A DNA stretch of 63,893 nucleotides, counting the filler, from Octopus bimaculoides (taxonomy: Eukaryota): NCBI RefSeq assembly GCF_001194135.2. It is 8 parts of 8 records of this genome, joined end to end, with 100 filler letters (N's around TTAATTAATTAA, not from the genome) between each part and the next. Parts side by side here need not be neighbours in the genome. Positions count along the whole stretch, not along the records: positions 26,509 to 40,206 come from NC_068999.1; positions 40,307 to 56,082 come from NC_068993.1; 6 more parts are not named here. One strand, given 5' to 3'. The notes under the pieces were generated by a model. The model worked only from the letters and a program-made list of their open reading frames with translations. It did no database searches and was not told the origin of the DNA. Made by a program: the position numbers and the translations under genes. This document shows, in pieces, positions 38,011-51,304 of the stretch. The first letter of the stretch is position 1. The number at the start of each line of letters is the position of its first letter.

Positions 38011-38257
38011 GGCTGATGTTGTGTTCTGAGTAGTCACATCCTGTTGAAGCAGCCGGCTCATCTCAGCATGGCCTGAAGAAAGAGTGAGAAAGTACTAGGT
38101 GTAGGCTTAACAAGGACATTGGATAAGCATCCCAATTGTATGCATACAGTGTGTTCACGCATAGTATTTCCCCAGCCTCTTTTGTGTGCATACAAAGCGT
38201 CCGTACAATATATTTTCAGTATCTCAGTCGTTGGTGTGTTAGTATAGGTAGGTGAGC

Positions 38258-38480
38258 CAAGGCGGCGAGCTGGCAGAAACGTTAGCACGCCGGGCGAAAT
38301 GCTTAACTGTATTTCGTCTGTCTTTACGTTCTGAGTTCAAATTCCGCCGAGGAAGACGTTGCCTTTCATCCTTTCAGGGTTGATAAATTAAGTACCAGTT
38401 GCGTACTGTGGTCGATGTAGTCGACTGCCCCCCCCCACCTCACCAAAATTTCGGGCCTTGTGCCTAGTGTAGAAAAGAGT
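38258..38480 (+). mobile_element. tRNA-derived SINE family 2
   Basis: aaggcggcgagctggcagaaacgttagcacgccgggcgaaatgctt...gttctgagttcaaattccgccgagg...taagtaccagtt...gggccttgtgcctagtgtagaaa, with A/B boxes. Confidence 0.9.
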
Positions 38481-39351
38481 ATAGGTAGGTGGGCCTTCTC
38501 AAGCACTGCATATTAATAACATTCGTGGTCCTTTGTCATCACCTCCATGTAGCTCAAAGTCTGACGACGACGGCGACGATGATGATGACGACGTTGCTAA
38601 TATACACACCTACATACATGCATGCAAACATGCATACGTACATAAAGACGTGTGTGTGTATGTGTGTGCGTGTACACAGTGCACTAATTACAGAAAAGAC
38701 AGTTACTCAATACGAAAGGCAATGTATCACCTATCGTTATGACAGCTGGCTGCTATCTCACACTTAGTTATTTGAATTTCCTATTTCCAAAATCATCTTC
38801 TCCCTCATTGTAGGAACGTAATTTTCATGGCTGATATTTAACAGCATAGAAAGGTGTTGCTACAATATATTCTGAACATTTCGAGTTTTAAACTCCTTTG
38901 TTAAAATCATATTTTCGGTAAAATACACTCGCTGTGTATTTCAATTAATTTTGAAAATAACCAAGAATTTGGGTGGTTTTCGTGAAATATCAAACTTCTT
39001 TTTTCCTTATTCATTATTATGCTGATGTTTGGAAACAGAATTTAACAAAAGCTTCTCATATGGAATAATGGTGAAAAGATTGTAATGTAAATATGATGAC
39101 TTTAAAATTAAAAGCCTTCTATCGAAGAACCAGAGGAGGTCTCACATTTGATAATATCAGAAAGGTTTAGATAATTTCAAGTACGTTGTTGATGCTTTGG
39201 CACTGTAGTTAAAGTGTTAAAGAATTCGTCAAGTCTGTTGTAAACGATGCTGCTTTTCTTGTTCACTACCATAATATATCTAGGACATAGGAATGGACGA
39301 AATGGTTAAGGAATACGTTTTGCAATTATTCATTCATATTCACTAATTCTT

Positions 39352-39475
39352 CTATTCTTTTACTTATTTCAGTCATTTGACTGCGGCCGTGCTGGAGCAC
39401 CACCTTGAAGGGTCCGAGTCAAACAGATCGACCCCATGACTTATTCGTTGTAAGCCTAGTACTTATTCTATATTA
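39352..39475 (-). mobile_element. SINE family 1, 3' fragment
   Basis: ttatttcagtcatttgactgcggccgtgctggagcacc...cctagtacttattctat. Confidence 0.8.
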
Positions 39476-39777
39476 AGGACACCAAGCGAGGGTCGAGATC
39501 CACACATCCGTGTACGTACCGTCTGCAAGCGCACCTGTATATATACGGACATATTCATACCCGTACATATACGTGTAGACGCACGCAGACGTATACACAT
39601 ACATATTACACATAGATGAACATGAAATTATAGGCCCATACACGTCGACGCGCAGCTTCACGATCCAGTGCAGATTTCAGGTCTGACACGATCCAGTGCA
39701 GGTTCCAGCGGAAGGTTCCAGGCATGGAGTCTACATAAAAAAATTCCATTTGCGTTCTTGATGCATACATACATACA

Positions 39778-39815
<38 letters not shown>

Positions 39816-39983
39816 CAAATGAATAATAACAGACGATGGATAATTGCTGATTCTATCTGAATTCTTATTTTACTATATCTGTCTATAGATATATCGATAT
39901 AGATTTAGATATAATTTCACAGAAACATAACAAACGGAAAATTCTTAGATAATTGCACATCGGTCAACGTCCAAAAGATGCTC

Positions 39984-40019
<36 letters not shown>

Positions 40020-40974
40020 CATACACACACATATATATATACACACACACATATATGTATACATACATATATATATACATATATACATACATATATATGT
40101 GAACTTATATATATATATATATATATAAGTTCACAGAAGCATAACAAACGGAAAATTCTTAGATAATTGCACATCGGTCAACGTCCAAAAGATGCTCTGT
40201 GTGTGTNNNNNNNNNNNNNNNNNNNNNNNNNNNNNNNNNNNNNNNNNNNNTTAATTAATTAANNNNNNNNNNNNNNNNNNNNNNNNNNNNNNNNNNNNNN
40301 NNNNNNTTTTTTTATTTCCTTTTAAAAAAATGCAGATTTTGTGAATGAAACAAACTAGGTCCTGAATAAGAAATTAATGTTCAATATGACAAATTTTCAG
40401 ATTTTTTTTACGCCATGTTAAAAGGGGGCAGATTTTGTGACTCAAACTAACTAGATCCAAGTACAGATAAATACCATCCTCCACATTTTGCTATCTGTGT
40501 TTCTTGAGAGATTACATATGCATTTCAACAATTTCTATTAAATACACTCTCTTTCTTGAGCACAAGAAAATCCTCTTTCCAAGTGACAATAACTTATATG
40601 TCAGATTGTTGCACTAGTTCTAGCTGTTTTGATAAGGGAAATGGGAAAGGTTTGAAATAATTTCATCAGCATTTACTTGTACTAAAGAACACTTTTTCGA
40701 TAGACAACACGTTGATCTCATAAGTATCGCGTGGGGGAAATAAACGCAATTACCAAACTTTCAATTCATCATTTCGGTTTATTTATTTTTGGCATTTGAA
40801 TTTCTACATCTGTACTCCTGACTGCGTACAAGCGCATATGTAAAACGACGTCCTTTGTTTTTCGATCATTATCTACTACCAAAATAAGCAGTATATTGAA
40901 AAAAATATAGTGGGTAGCGTTTGTGACTCCAAGGGTCAAAAGAGGGCCTTTGGCCAAAATGGGTTGGGAACTTT

Positions 40975-41525
40975 TGGTCTAATGTTGTTCAGAAAATCCT
41001 TTGACTGGATGGAAGTGCCTTCCAGAAGATCCATAAGAGGTTGAGGAGGAGATGGTAGTCCTGGTAATCTTACCTTACCACCTGAGCAGTACATGCTATT
41101 TGTTTCATTTGGAAATTTTAAAGCTTGCAGAAATGACAATATGAATTTAGTGCACCAATTTGGACAGAACTTACATTTTTTATAAGAATAGGATGGATCA
41201 TATCTGAAAGCAGCTTCAGAAGTTGTGAATAACGAATTTGTACGTAGTCTGTTTCTGAGAGCTATTCTATTGGACCTATATCTCATCTGGCGTGCTAAAC
41301 GTTGTTTTAATGATTCAGCATTAAGTGCTGCAGCATGCCTTTGCTTGTCTTGGGAAAGTTTCATTTCTTTTCTCTCTTGAGACTCCATCTGATGTGCTGC
41401 AGTATGCCTTTGCTGATCTTGAGAAAGTCTCATCTTCCTCCACTCTTGAGTTTCTCACCTTCGGTTTTCTACCGACTTATACGTGTTTCTTGAGAGATTA
41501 CTTCTTTTCTTTGGTGGCATGTTTT
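40975..41525 (-). mobile_element. Helitron Rep/helicase N-terminal fragment (decayed)
   Basis: MPPKKRSNLSRNT..., repeated RLSQDxQRH, then AAFRYDPSY...CxxC...ALKFPNETNSMYCSGGKVRLPGLPSPPQPLMDLLEG..SKDFLNNIR, the characteristic Helitron N-terminal Zn region. Confidence 0.85.
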
Positions 41526-42824
41526 TTTCAATATTGTTAACAAATAATTATGAACACAGAAAAAATATACGTTAAACTCTATTTTTATGAACAATTTTAT
41601 GTATGTAGTTTGTCTCTATTTTTGTTTGCAGTGTAAATTAACGAAATATAAGCAAATTAGCCAAAATATAAGCACATGTATTAACTACTAATTTAACGGT
41701 AAATGTGTATTTCTATATACCTTGCACCTGTCACAATAATTATTTTAGATACATTTCTTNNNNNNNNNNNNNNNNNNNNNNNNNNNNNNNNNNNNNNNNN
41801 NNNNNNNNNNNNNNNNNNNNNNNNNNNNNNNNNNNNNNNNNNNNNNNNNNNNNNNNNNNNNNNNNNNNNNNNNNNNNNNNNNNNNNNNNNNNNNNNNNNN
41901 NNNNNNNNNNNNNNNNNNNNNNNNNNNNNNNNNNNNNNNNNNNNNNNNNNNNNNNNNNNNNNNNNNNNNNNNNNNNNNNNNNNNNNNNNNNNNNNNNNNN
42001 NNNNNNNNNNNNNNNNNNNNNNNNNNNNNNNNNNNNNNNNNNNNNNNNNNNNNNNNNNNNNNNNNNNNNNNNNNNNNNNNNNNNNNNNNNNNNNNNNNNN
42101 NNNNNNNNNNNNNNNNNNNNNNNNNNNNNNNNNNNNNNNNNNNNNNNNNNNNNNNNNNNNNNNNNNNNNNNNNNNNNNNNNNNNNNNNNNNNNNNNNNNN
42201 NNNNNNNNNNNNNNNNNNNNNNNNNNNNNNNNNNNNNNNNNNNNNNNNNNNNNNNNNNNNNNNNNNNNNNNNNNNNNNNNNNNNNNNNNNNNNNNNNNNN
42301 NNNNNNNNNNNNNNNNNNNNNNNNNNNNNNNNNNNNNNNNNNNNNNNNNNNNNNNNNNNNNNNNNNNNNNNNNNNNNNNNNNNNNNNNNNNNNNNNNNNN
42401 NNNNNNNNNNNNNNNNNNNNNNNNNNNNNNNNNNNNNNNNNNNNNNNNNNNNNNNNNNNNNNNNNNNNNNNNNNNNNNNNNNNNNNNNNNNNNNNNNNNN
42501 NNNNNNNNNNNNNNNNNNNNNNNNNNNNNNNNNNNNNNNNNNNNNNNNNNNNNNNNNNNNNNNNNNNNNNNNNNNNNNNNNNNNNNNNNNNNNNNNNNNN
42601 NNNNNNNNNNNNNNNNNNNNNNNTGGTTTTGTTATACGACGCCGTATTTTACAACCATGTACATAATAATAATAATGGTATTTTTTATATAAGCTTAAAG
42701 TTTATGGCGTTCACCGTGCAATGACTAAGGAAAATAGTCTAATAACAAGGCATATAAGCACTCGACAGAAAAAAACAAGGCTTTCCTATCTGTGTGTGAA
42801 GGTAACATACACAGTCATGTTAAC

Positions 42825-42920
42825 AAAGGGATGTGGAAGACACTTCTTCAAGGTGCCACACATTGAGATTGAACTCGGAACCATGCAGTTGGGTAGCAAG
42901 CTTCTTACCACACAGCCACG
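42825..42920 (-). mobile_element. SINE family 1, 5' fragment (another at 46241-46300)
   Basis: gaagacacttcttcaaggtgccacac...gaactcggaaccatgcagttgggtagcaagcttcttaccacacagccac. Confidence 0.75.
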
Positions 42921-45068
42921 TATATATCGGTATGTATGTGCATATGCACGTTTGCATACTAATGTAATAAGTATTTATAAATAGATGGATAGTTAGATAG
43001 AGATATATAGCATCTACGTATCACAAACATAGATATGTGCGCGCGCGAGTGTGTAATTACTCTATATTTTGTGACACCAAACTAGTTTGATCAATATTTT
43101 CTTACTTAAAGGGTTGTAATATTCTACTACTGTTTAATTTCTGTTAGTAAATTATAAAAGCTGTTTCACTTCTCATGGTTAAGGTGTATTAGAGCCACAC
43201 TGCGTGTTTGCCCTTACCGTCTTGATTTTTGCCAGGTTGAGTTCTTACTGTAGATTTGATGGAATCTGTTTAAACTTTGGAAGAGATGCAGTCCCTTTGA
43301 AACGAATTTGCAAGGTGGTTATTCTGATCCTGAGATAAAATATCAAAATAGCCATTCTGTAATTTCACTTCATACAAGGATGCATCTCCCCCAAACTGCA
43401 TATATAAACTCCATCAACTCTGCACTTCTGCAATAAGAAAACTCAAACTCACAGATGCCAAGATGGTTGTGTGAGAATTCAGCTAGAGTTAATCTAATTG
43501 CTTATCCTTCGGGACCCAATATTACACTTAAATATGAATATATTTTAGTTAACATATTTAATGCCCCTTGCATCAAGTGTGTTTATATTATTTGTTGGTC
43601 TTTCATGCGCATCACATTCCCAAGCTGTTTAATCCCTGAAATATTTTGTTACTTCAGTAATCAGTGCACTCAACAATAGTGTTCTTCCATCACTTCAGAA
43701 AGTACAGAAAAAGTATCTTTTCCCTAATAAGTCGTACTAGGAAAAATAATTAAAAGATATCTCAGCCGTTGCCATTTAAATTTTTCAGACATGCTCTCTT
43801 TAGGACTACATTATTTGATATCTTCTTTCTCAGGATCGCACGTTGCGATTTGGCTGTTTGCAGAAGGACGAGTCGCTACGTAGACACTGTTCTGTTATCT
43901 CGATTTTTCACCTAGTTTACAATAAAGTCAATTGTTCCAAATGAAGTCAAGTCATTTAAGACATACAGTATTCTATCAGTTATGACTATATCATTCACGA
44001 AATCAAGCTACATGTTTTATACAAATGAAATGTTTCCTCAACCCGACCATCTGATGACTTTTTCTTATTAAGATGATTTGAAGAAGGAGCTTTAGTTATG
44101 GAGTTGAAATACGTTTCGTGGCGAAAACGGCCGCTTACATCAACTACAATATTATTTTGGAAAACAATTTGCAGGGAAAGTATATTGGTATACATTGAAT
44201 AAGATCATTGCTGGACATCGTACGACAGTGGAGATTCGATCCTTCAAATACAGCATCCAATACATCAGAATACTACCAAGTCAATATTGGCAAAATATCC
44301 ATACTCACATATCTCACAAATGAAAGCTCATCGTTTCAGAGTAATATCATTTAAGTATTCTCTATTATTGTCAATGTATTATGTTATTAATAATATTTTA
44401 GCACAAAAAAAATCATATCCTGGGATTCTCATTTCCAATGTTATTTTTGCAATTAAATTATATTAAATTTCAAATTATGAGTTTTCATGATTTCCAGGAA
44501 AAGAACATTCGAAATTATTCGTTTATAGTTTACCTCAGAATCAAAAACACGTCCCTTCCCACACACAAACACATACACTGATGTAAAAAATAATTTCATG
44601 AAAATTGTCATTGCACAACAACAATATAGAAACAAGTGGATATAATGCAGCGAATTGAATATTTCTTTGCGGTAAATTTATTTCTGAAAATGACCGTAGT
44701 AGGGGATGTTAATTTTGTTTGAAGAACATCCATATAACAGTAAACTTACAACAATAAATATTAAGATTATAAATACAAGGAGAACTGAATTTGAGGTTAA
44801 CCACACTATGTAATAATGAACAAGCAAGAGATATATACACATTCATACACATGCACGTATACCTGTATACATGTACACACACACACACACGTGCACGCCT
44901 ACACACGCATACACATATATACATATATCTATATGTAACTATCCATCTATTTATAAATAAACATTACATAGTATTAATATGCAAACGCATATATGCACAT
45001 ACATACCGACATATACGCTCATATATATATATATATATATATGAGTGTATATGTCGGTATGTATGTGC

Positions 45069-45110
<42 letters not shown>

Positions 45111-46451
45111 GTGTGTGAGTGTGAGTGTGTGTGTGTATGTGTGTGTGTGTGTTAGTGTGTGTGTGGCAAATGAAAGACGGAATATGGAATATACGAGAGT
45201 TTCTTTTTAATCAAGACAATTGTTTCGACACATCTAGCATCGATTCCTTTCATTTCCCATACACCTAACGACCACTGTGAAAGTGACTGTCCGTTACCAG
45301 TAAGCTACCAGGTGTAAACCATTCGTTTTATTATCCATTGTATATATATATATATATATTTGACAGGAAGAACAACAAAAGAAAGAAAGAGACCTCGATA
45401 TTATGTAAATAGAGNNNNNNNNNNNNNNNNNNNNNNNNNNNNNNNNNNNNNNNNNNNNNNNNNNNNNNNNNNNNNNNNNNNNNNNNNNNNNNNNNNNNNN
45501 NNNNNNNNNNNNNNNNNNNNNNNNNNNNNNNNNNNNNNNNNNNNNNNNNNNNNNNNNNNNNNNNNNNNNNNNNNNNNNNNNNNNNNNNNNNNNNNNNNNN
45601 NNNNNNNNNNNNNNNNNNNNNNNNNNNNNNNNNNNNNNNNNNNNNNNNNNNNNNNNNNNNNNNNNNNNNNNNNNNNNNNNNNNNNNNNNNNNNNNNNNNN
45701 NNNNNNNNNNNNNNNNNNNNNNNNNNNNNNNNNNNNNNNNNNNNNNNNNNNNNNNNNNNNNNNNNNNNNNNNNNNNNNNNNNNNNNNNNNNNNNNNNNNN
45801 NNNNNNNNNNNNNNNNNNNNNNNNNNNNNNNNNNNNNNNNNNNNNNNNNNNNNNNNNNNNNNNNNNNNNNNNNNNNNNNNNNNNNNNNNNNNNNNNNNNN
45901 NNNNNNNNNNNNNNNNNNNNNNNNNNNNNNNNNNNNNNNNNNNNNNNNNNNNNNNNNNNNNNNNNNNNNNNNNNNNNNNNNNNNNNNNNNNNNNNNNNNN
46001 NNNNNNNNNNNNNNNNNNNNNNNNNNNNNNNNNNNNNNNNNNNNNNNNNNNNNNNNNNNNNNNNNNNNNNNNNNNNNNNNNNNNNNNNNNNNNNNNNNNN
46101 NNNNNNNNNNNNNNNNNNNNNNNNNNNNNNNNNNNNNNNNNNNNNNNNNNNNNNNNNNNNNNNNNNNNNNNNNNNNNNNNNNNNNNNNNNNNNNNNNNNN
46201 NNNNNNNNNNNNNNNNNNNNNNNNNNNNNNNNNNNNNNNNGCAGTTGCACTGAACCCGGAGCCATGTAGTTGGTAGGCAAGCTACAGCCACTCCTGTGCC
46301 TATGATAAATATTTTTAGCATATCAATGTTAATACTATACAACATTGGAAGCAGAAACAGCTGTTAGATGGGATGCAATCTATTTGTTTTGAATTTAATA
46401 AGTAATAACTGATTTAAGTCAATTGTTGTTCTTCAGTATTTCTCCATTTTA

Positions 46452-46660
46452 AAGGCGGCGAGCTGGAAGAAACGTTAGCACGCCGGGTGAAATGCTTACG
46501 ATATTTTGTCTGTCTGTACGTTCTGAGTTCAAATTCTACCGAGGTCGACTTTGCCTGTCATCTTTTTGGGGTCGATAAATTAAGTACCAGTTGTGTACTG
46601 GTTCGATCTAATCGTCCCCCTTCACCCAAACTGTTGGGCCTTGTGCCTAGAGTAGAAAAT
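46452..46660 (+). mobile_element. tRNA-derived SINE family 2
   Basis: aaggcggcgagctggaagaaacgttagcacgccggg...gttctgagttcaaattctaccgaggtcgactttgcc. Confidence 0.9.
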
Positions 46661-47671
46661 ATTTCTCCATTTTCTATTTTCTTTAAATTTTGATTCTTGA
46701 TAACCCATGTTCATCTTTGTCTTTACCTATAATTTATGAGCATAATATGCTTGCATATGTATGCCTATGGTTAAACAGGTAATATACCAGTTGTATAGTG
46801 GATACTTCAATCTCTAACTTAGCTAACCTTTTATATAAATATATATATATGTGTGTGTGTGTGAGTGTGTAATATATATATTAGAAGTTTCGGAGGTGAT
46901 GTACAGGACGTGTACACAGAACGTGTATCGGGCACAGAACGTGTATCGTTAGTCAGCTGGAGGAGATGTCTTCCTGGGGCTATAAACGTCAGTAGCACTG
47001 TCCTGTACAGGACGCCACACTTGGTTGGTAATTATATGTTACGATTGCGTATTACTACTGTCTGTATCTCGTTCGGAGATTTAATATAGCTTTATTTCTT
47101 CTTTTTCGAGATCACTATAAATTTAGAATATTTTGCAAAGCTTCATTAAAATGTTCCTATGAAACGAATAAATTAAAATTCGCAGCAATAATACATAATA
47201 TAATACATAATATACTCGCACATATGCACTCAGATACACACATAGATGCATGTATACGTGTACATACACACAGACACACACACACACACATACACACGTG
47301 TACATGTGGGTATTTGTGAATATTAAATATGGTGATATTAAATTATTTACTGGGAATTACTGTTTAAATACTTTTTTGTTTTTACTATTCCTTTTTTGTG
47401 TTTCCTATATTGAAACCGTTTGCAAATTCGTGTATAATTTAATTGGTATGCACAACATGTATTTTATTATCTGTTTACAGAAACCAATGTTCCGGGAACA
47501 GAGCGAATGGTTAACTAACTAAAAGAAAATATTTTGACATCAATTAAATTTAAATGTTGAAGTGAATCTAACGGTTTTTGTGTGTTTTTTTAAATGGTTT
47601 ATAAACAAACACCTTCCACGCTGCAATTGTTAATTTCTATTTAATTAAGTATCTAATGCTTCAGAGTATAA

Positions 47672-47855
47672 TTTAGCGGCATTTCTTCCAGCTCTTTACG
47701 TTCTGGGTTCAAATTCCGCCGAGGTAGAATTTTCCTTTCATTCTTTCGAGGTTGATAAAATAAGTACCAGTTGTGCACTGGGGTCGATACAATCGACTAG
47801 CCCCTTCTCCCCCCCCCCAAAGTTCATGTCTTGTACCTATTGTAGAAAAGGATTT
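47672..47855 (+). mobile_element. SINE family 2, 5'-truncated
   Basis: tacgttctgggttcaaattccgccgagg...taagtaccagttgtgcactggggtcgat. Confidence 0.85.
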
Positions 47856-47894
47856 GACCTACCGCTACTGCCACCACTGCCACGATCACTACGA

Positions 47895-48030
47895 GCAACA
47901 ATAACAGCAGCAGCAGCAGCAGCAACAACAGCAGCAGCAACAACAGCAGCAGCAACAACAACAGTAGCAGCAGCAGCAGCAACAACAACAACAACAACAA
48001 CAGTAGCAGCAGCAGCAACAATAACAGCAA
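47895..48030. repeat. Compound (CAG/CAA)n microsatellite
   Basis: Direct reading; the polyQ frame is interrupted by TAA and TAG. Confidence 0.9.
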
Positions 48031-48499
48031 AGTTTCGATTGGAGAAAAGTAAGCAGTATAGCTGCAATATAATTGATTAGGCCCCGTTAGCAAGTAGCTT
48101 GGCTACTTCTGTTACAAAGACTAACACCAACAACGACAGAATCAGCAACAGCAACAGCAACGATGAAAACAACTTCTTTGTAGGAGAAACGAAATTATAG
48201 AAGAAAATCTCTCTGGAATGAAAACATTCGTAACTGAGAGAAGCAGAAAAACTTCTGAAAAGAGGGGATATAATAACTAAACTTTGCTCTCCCTTCTAAT
48301 TTCATGGAGTTGGCTGCCAGAAGAACCATCGTTTACAGACGGGTGTCGCTAAAAGTGAGAAACATTTTCAATGCGCCAAACAGCTGAGTGAAAAAATGCT
48401 CGAAGGACATATGGACTGATATTGACTTCCGCACAAGAGGAAGACAATATGGTTCTGCGGAAGGCACTGGCCCGAAATGGTCCAGTGCAAACATGAGGA

Positions 48500-51300
48500 T
48501 CTTCTCGCTTGGTCGGCGAGTGGTGACGATTTAAATCTCATATGTGCCACAATTCAAATTGGTCAGCTACATAGACCACAAATTTGTAATCTGCACAGTC
48601 GACTTAGATAGAACCCGTATATAGAGACCCGGTTAGGTTACTGGAAGTTGAACGCAAAGACTACAAAGATCGGATTAGTGAACTAATTAAGCGGCGGTTG
48701 ATGGGGCAATCGTCAACAGCCGATGGTGGATCGCCCTGAAGAGGGCGAGTAGAGTAGAATCAATAGCATTTAGCAAAGAGTTAGCTATAAAAAGAAATAA
48801 ATTAGAGAGAGAACTAGTTAGTAAACCAGAAGAGGCTATTAGCAAAGGCATCGTGACCGACGTGCAAAAAGCGAAATTGGCCCTTAACCAATTTTTCGAG
48901 GCGAAACACGAAGGCTGCGTTGTCAGAGTTAGGACCCTTGCGCTCAAACAAGAAGGAACTAAAGCCGTCTGATGGGCCGTTACGGTGGAGATGCGACGTG
49001 ACAACAAAACCCACATCAGGTCTTCTTTGACGGATCGGGATGTGCGTGTGCTACTCGGCTCTGATCAGATGTGCCAGGCCTTCCAGTAGCACTTCGCGTG
49101 GTTATTTGCGGAGGGCGATGGTCGACGACGGTAGCAGACATTATTTCGTACCTGGACAGCTTGTTACGGCTCTCGGCAGCTCACGAGAGATTCTTCGAAA
49201 AGCTGATAACGGCCGCTGAAACGAGTGATTGCATAAGTGGAAAATCACCTGGTTTGGATGATCTACGGTAACTGGCACCAAAATGGGAGAATTCGTAATG
49301 TTAGCCGGGTTGTGGTTACGCTGTTGAGGAAGGACGCCGACAATGGGGACGTGCTAGGAAATTTTGGGCCAATAACCTTACTAAATACAAAGTTTATGAT
49401 TTATCCTAGGTGTTTGCGAAAAGGTTGGCGCTTGTTATCGGTACATGCTTAGATATCTATCCACGATAAACTCCACTTCATACGATACATCATAGAGAGA
49501 GCTGGGAGTAAAGCTGGCTTAGGTGGGGCCTTAATAAATTTGGATCGACCATATTTACCTTCAAACCGTTCTAAAAGCGATCGGTTTCGGACCCGTTTTC
49601 AGAAGCTGGATCGCTGAAATCGACAGTAGCACCTGCTCTGTGGTTAAAGTAAATAGCCATCTATCAGAACCGTTTCGCATAGCACGCTCGTCAGGGCTCC
49701 CGTCGTTACCTCTTCTGTACGTATTAACTCTTGAGCCACTGCTGCGGAAGTTGGAACAGCTAATGGGCATCGCTTTCTAACTGGGACACGGGAGGGCAGT
49801 GTCGGCGTTCGTGGACGACGTCGACATCATGGTGTCGATGTCACCGATGTGGAAACAGTCAGCACCGTTCTAAAGGAATACAAGTCAGTTGCAGCGTCCA
49901 AAATCAAACCAAACAAGTCAGTGGTTTTCCGGCTGGGCACCTGAAGAGACAGGTCAGTACCGTCGGACGGCGTCGTGGAACGTTGGACTGACGGATCAGT
50001 TAAACCTCTGGGGGTCTGGTATGACCCCCAACCACTAGATGGATAACAACTAGGACAAGGTAACGAACAGGGTAACCACTCTTACCCAGAAATGAGCAAA
50101 GAGGAAGCTGTCTCTGGAAGGTCGGGCAGAGGTGGCGAATGCCAACATTGCTCCCTTTATCAGTTATCGCCTGACTGTCGTGCCCCGCCCTGTTTACTAC
50201 TTGACCAGTTGGAGAGTTTCTTATTTAATTTCTTGTGGAAGGGACGCGTTCCAATGTTTAGGCGGTCAGTCTGTTGCCAGCACCCTTTGCATAGCGGCTT
50301 AGTATGCTGTAACTTCTGATGCGAAGACACGTGTTCAGGTTACGCCACCTGCAGCGATTTCTGGACGGTGATCATGTGTGAGCTCCGTACTTCCCTAGCT
50401 GGCCTCCTTTACGAAGCTGCAGTCCTGGGTGACAAAAAGATCAAGATTGGGCTCCTAGCACCAAAGATGTCGTCAGGCGCTCACAGCCCTCTACAAGTCG
50501 GGTAATGGAATCGGTGGAAGTTCCACTTTAGCAATATAGAGAGGATTAGTGGCGGAGTAGTGCGACGACGTAATCAGGGAGACCTTGGGCGTCGACGAAA
50601 TCGAATTGGCTAGTCTGTTGCGGAGGACTTTCCGGTCAAGAACCACTATATATAATTTCCAGATGTCTTCGGCATAGCAGTGCTACCGAGAGGCGCTTCC
50701 GGTTCGAGATAAACTCTACAGACACGGATGTGCTGTCAGGCGGGCTTGTCTGAGGTGTTGTACAGAGTGACGAAACATTTCTGCACGCACTCGTTCAGTG
50801 ACCGAGGATTGTTGACCTGTGGAGTTATGTCGAACAGCTCCTGTCGAGTGTGAGACGGATCTATCGGACGACCGAGTCCATAGTGAGGATTACTCCAACA
50901 ATTTCCTTTAGTCGTTCGGGCAAAGCAGTTTTCCTTTGCCTTAGTGGCAGCAGCGAAAACGATTGAGGATGGAGAGGGAAATACTGTCCCCAAATGAATT
51001 TACTGAATGGTGGGTGAAAGTTGCGAAAAATGGCAACAGTAAATGGTACCACTCTAATTATAGACCTGTCGGAGAGCAGGAATTGTTGAAGGCACCTGCA
51101 CTTGGTGCTCAGGGATATATTGGACGGTGGGTTTTCTTGATTATTCCTAGAGTTCCTCTTGTGTCAGGAACGCAACATCACTTTCATCACCACCTCAGTC
51201 CATTTTATTTTTTATTTTTATCTTATTTTTAAAATTGTATACTATGTATGCTTCCCTTTTCTGTCTTATTGTATACTGTGTAAAATCTGTACATTATATA
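48500..51300 (+). mobile_element. L1/Tx1-clade LINE ORF2 remnant (end of APE, RT, C-terminal zinc knuckle, 3' UTR), heavily decayed
   Basis: Pieces: SYIDHKFV and RPG*GYWKLNA (end of APE); GNFGPITLLNTK; QGSRRYLFCTY region with YVLTLEPLLRKL; SAFVDDV (about 49802-49822); KPLGVWY; YREALPVRDKLYRHG...CLRC...ETFLHALVQ. Confidence 0.9.
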
Positions 51301-51304
51301 TATT

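Noticed and set aside
39916-40206. 80-bp direct repeat (39916-39995 and 40128-40206) as a functional element
   Set aside because: It sits at a scaffold end between TA/CA microsatellites and is most simply a local tandem duplication or assembly artefact.
43080-44560. Possible decayed transposase or pseudogene
   Set aside because: I translated several frames and found no motif I can assign; it needs BLASTX/HHpred.
47895-48030. Polyglutamine coding exon
   Set aside because: The CAG/CAA frame contains TAA and TAG, and the other frames are simple-repeat translations.
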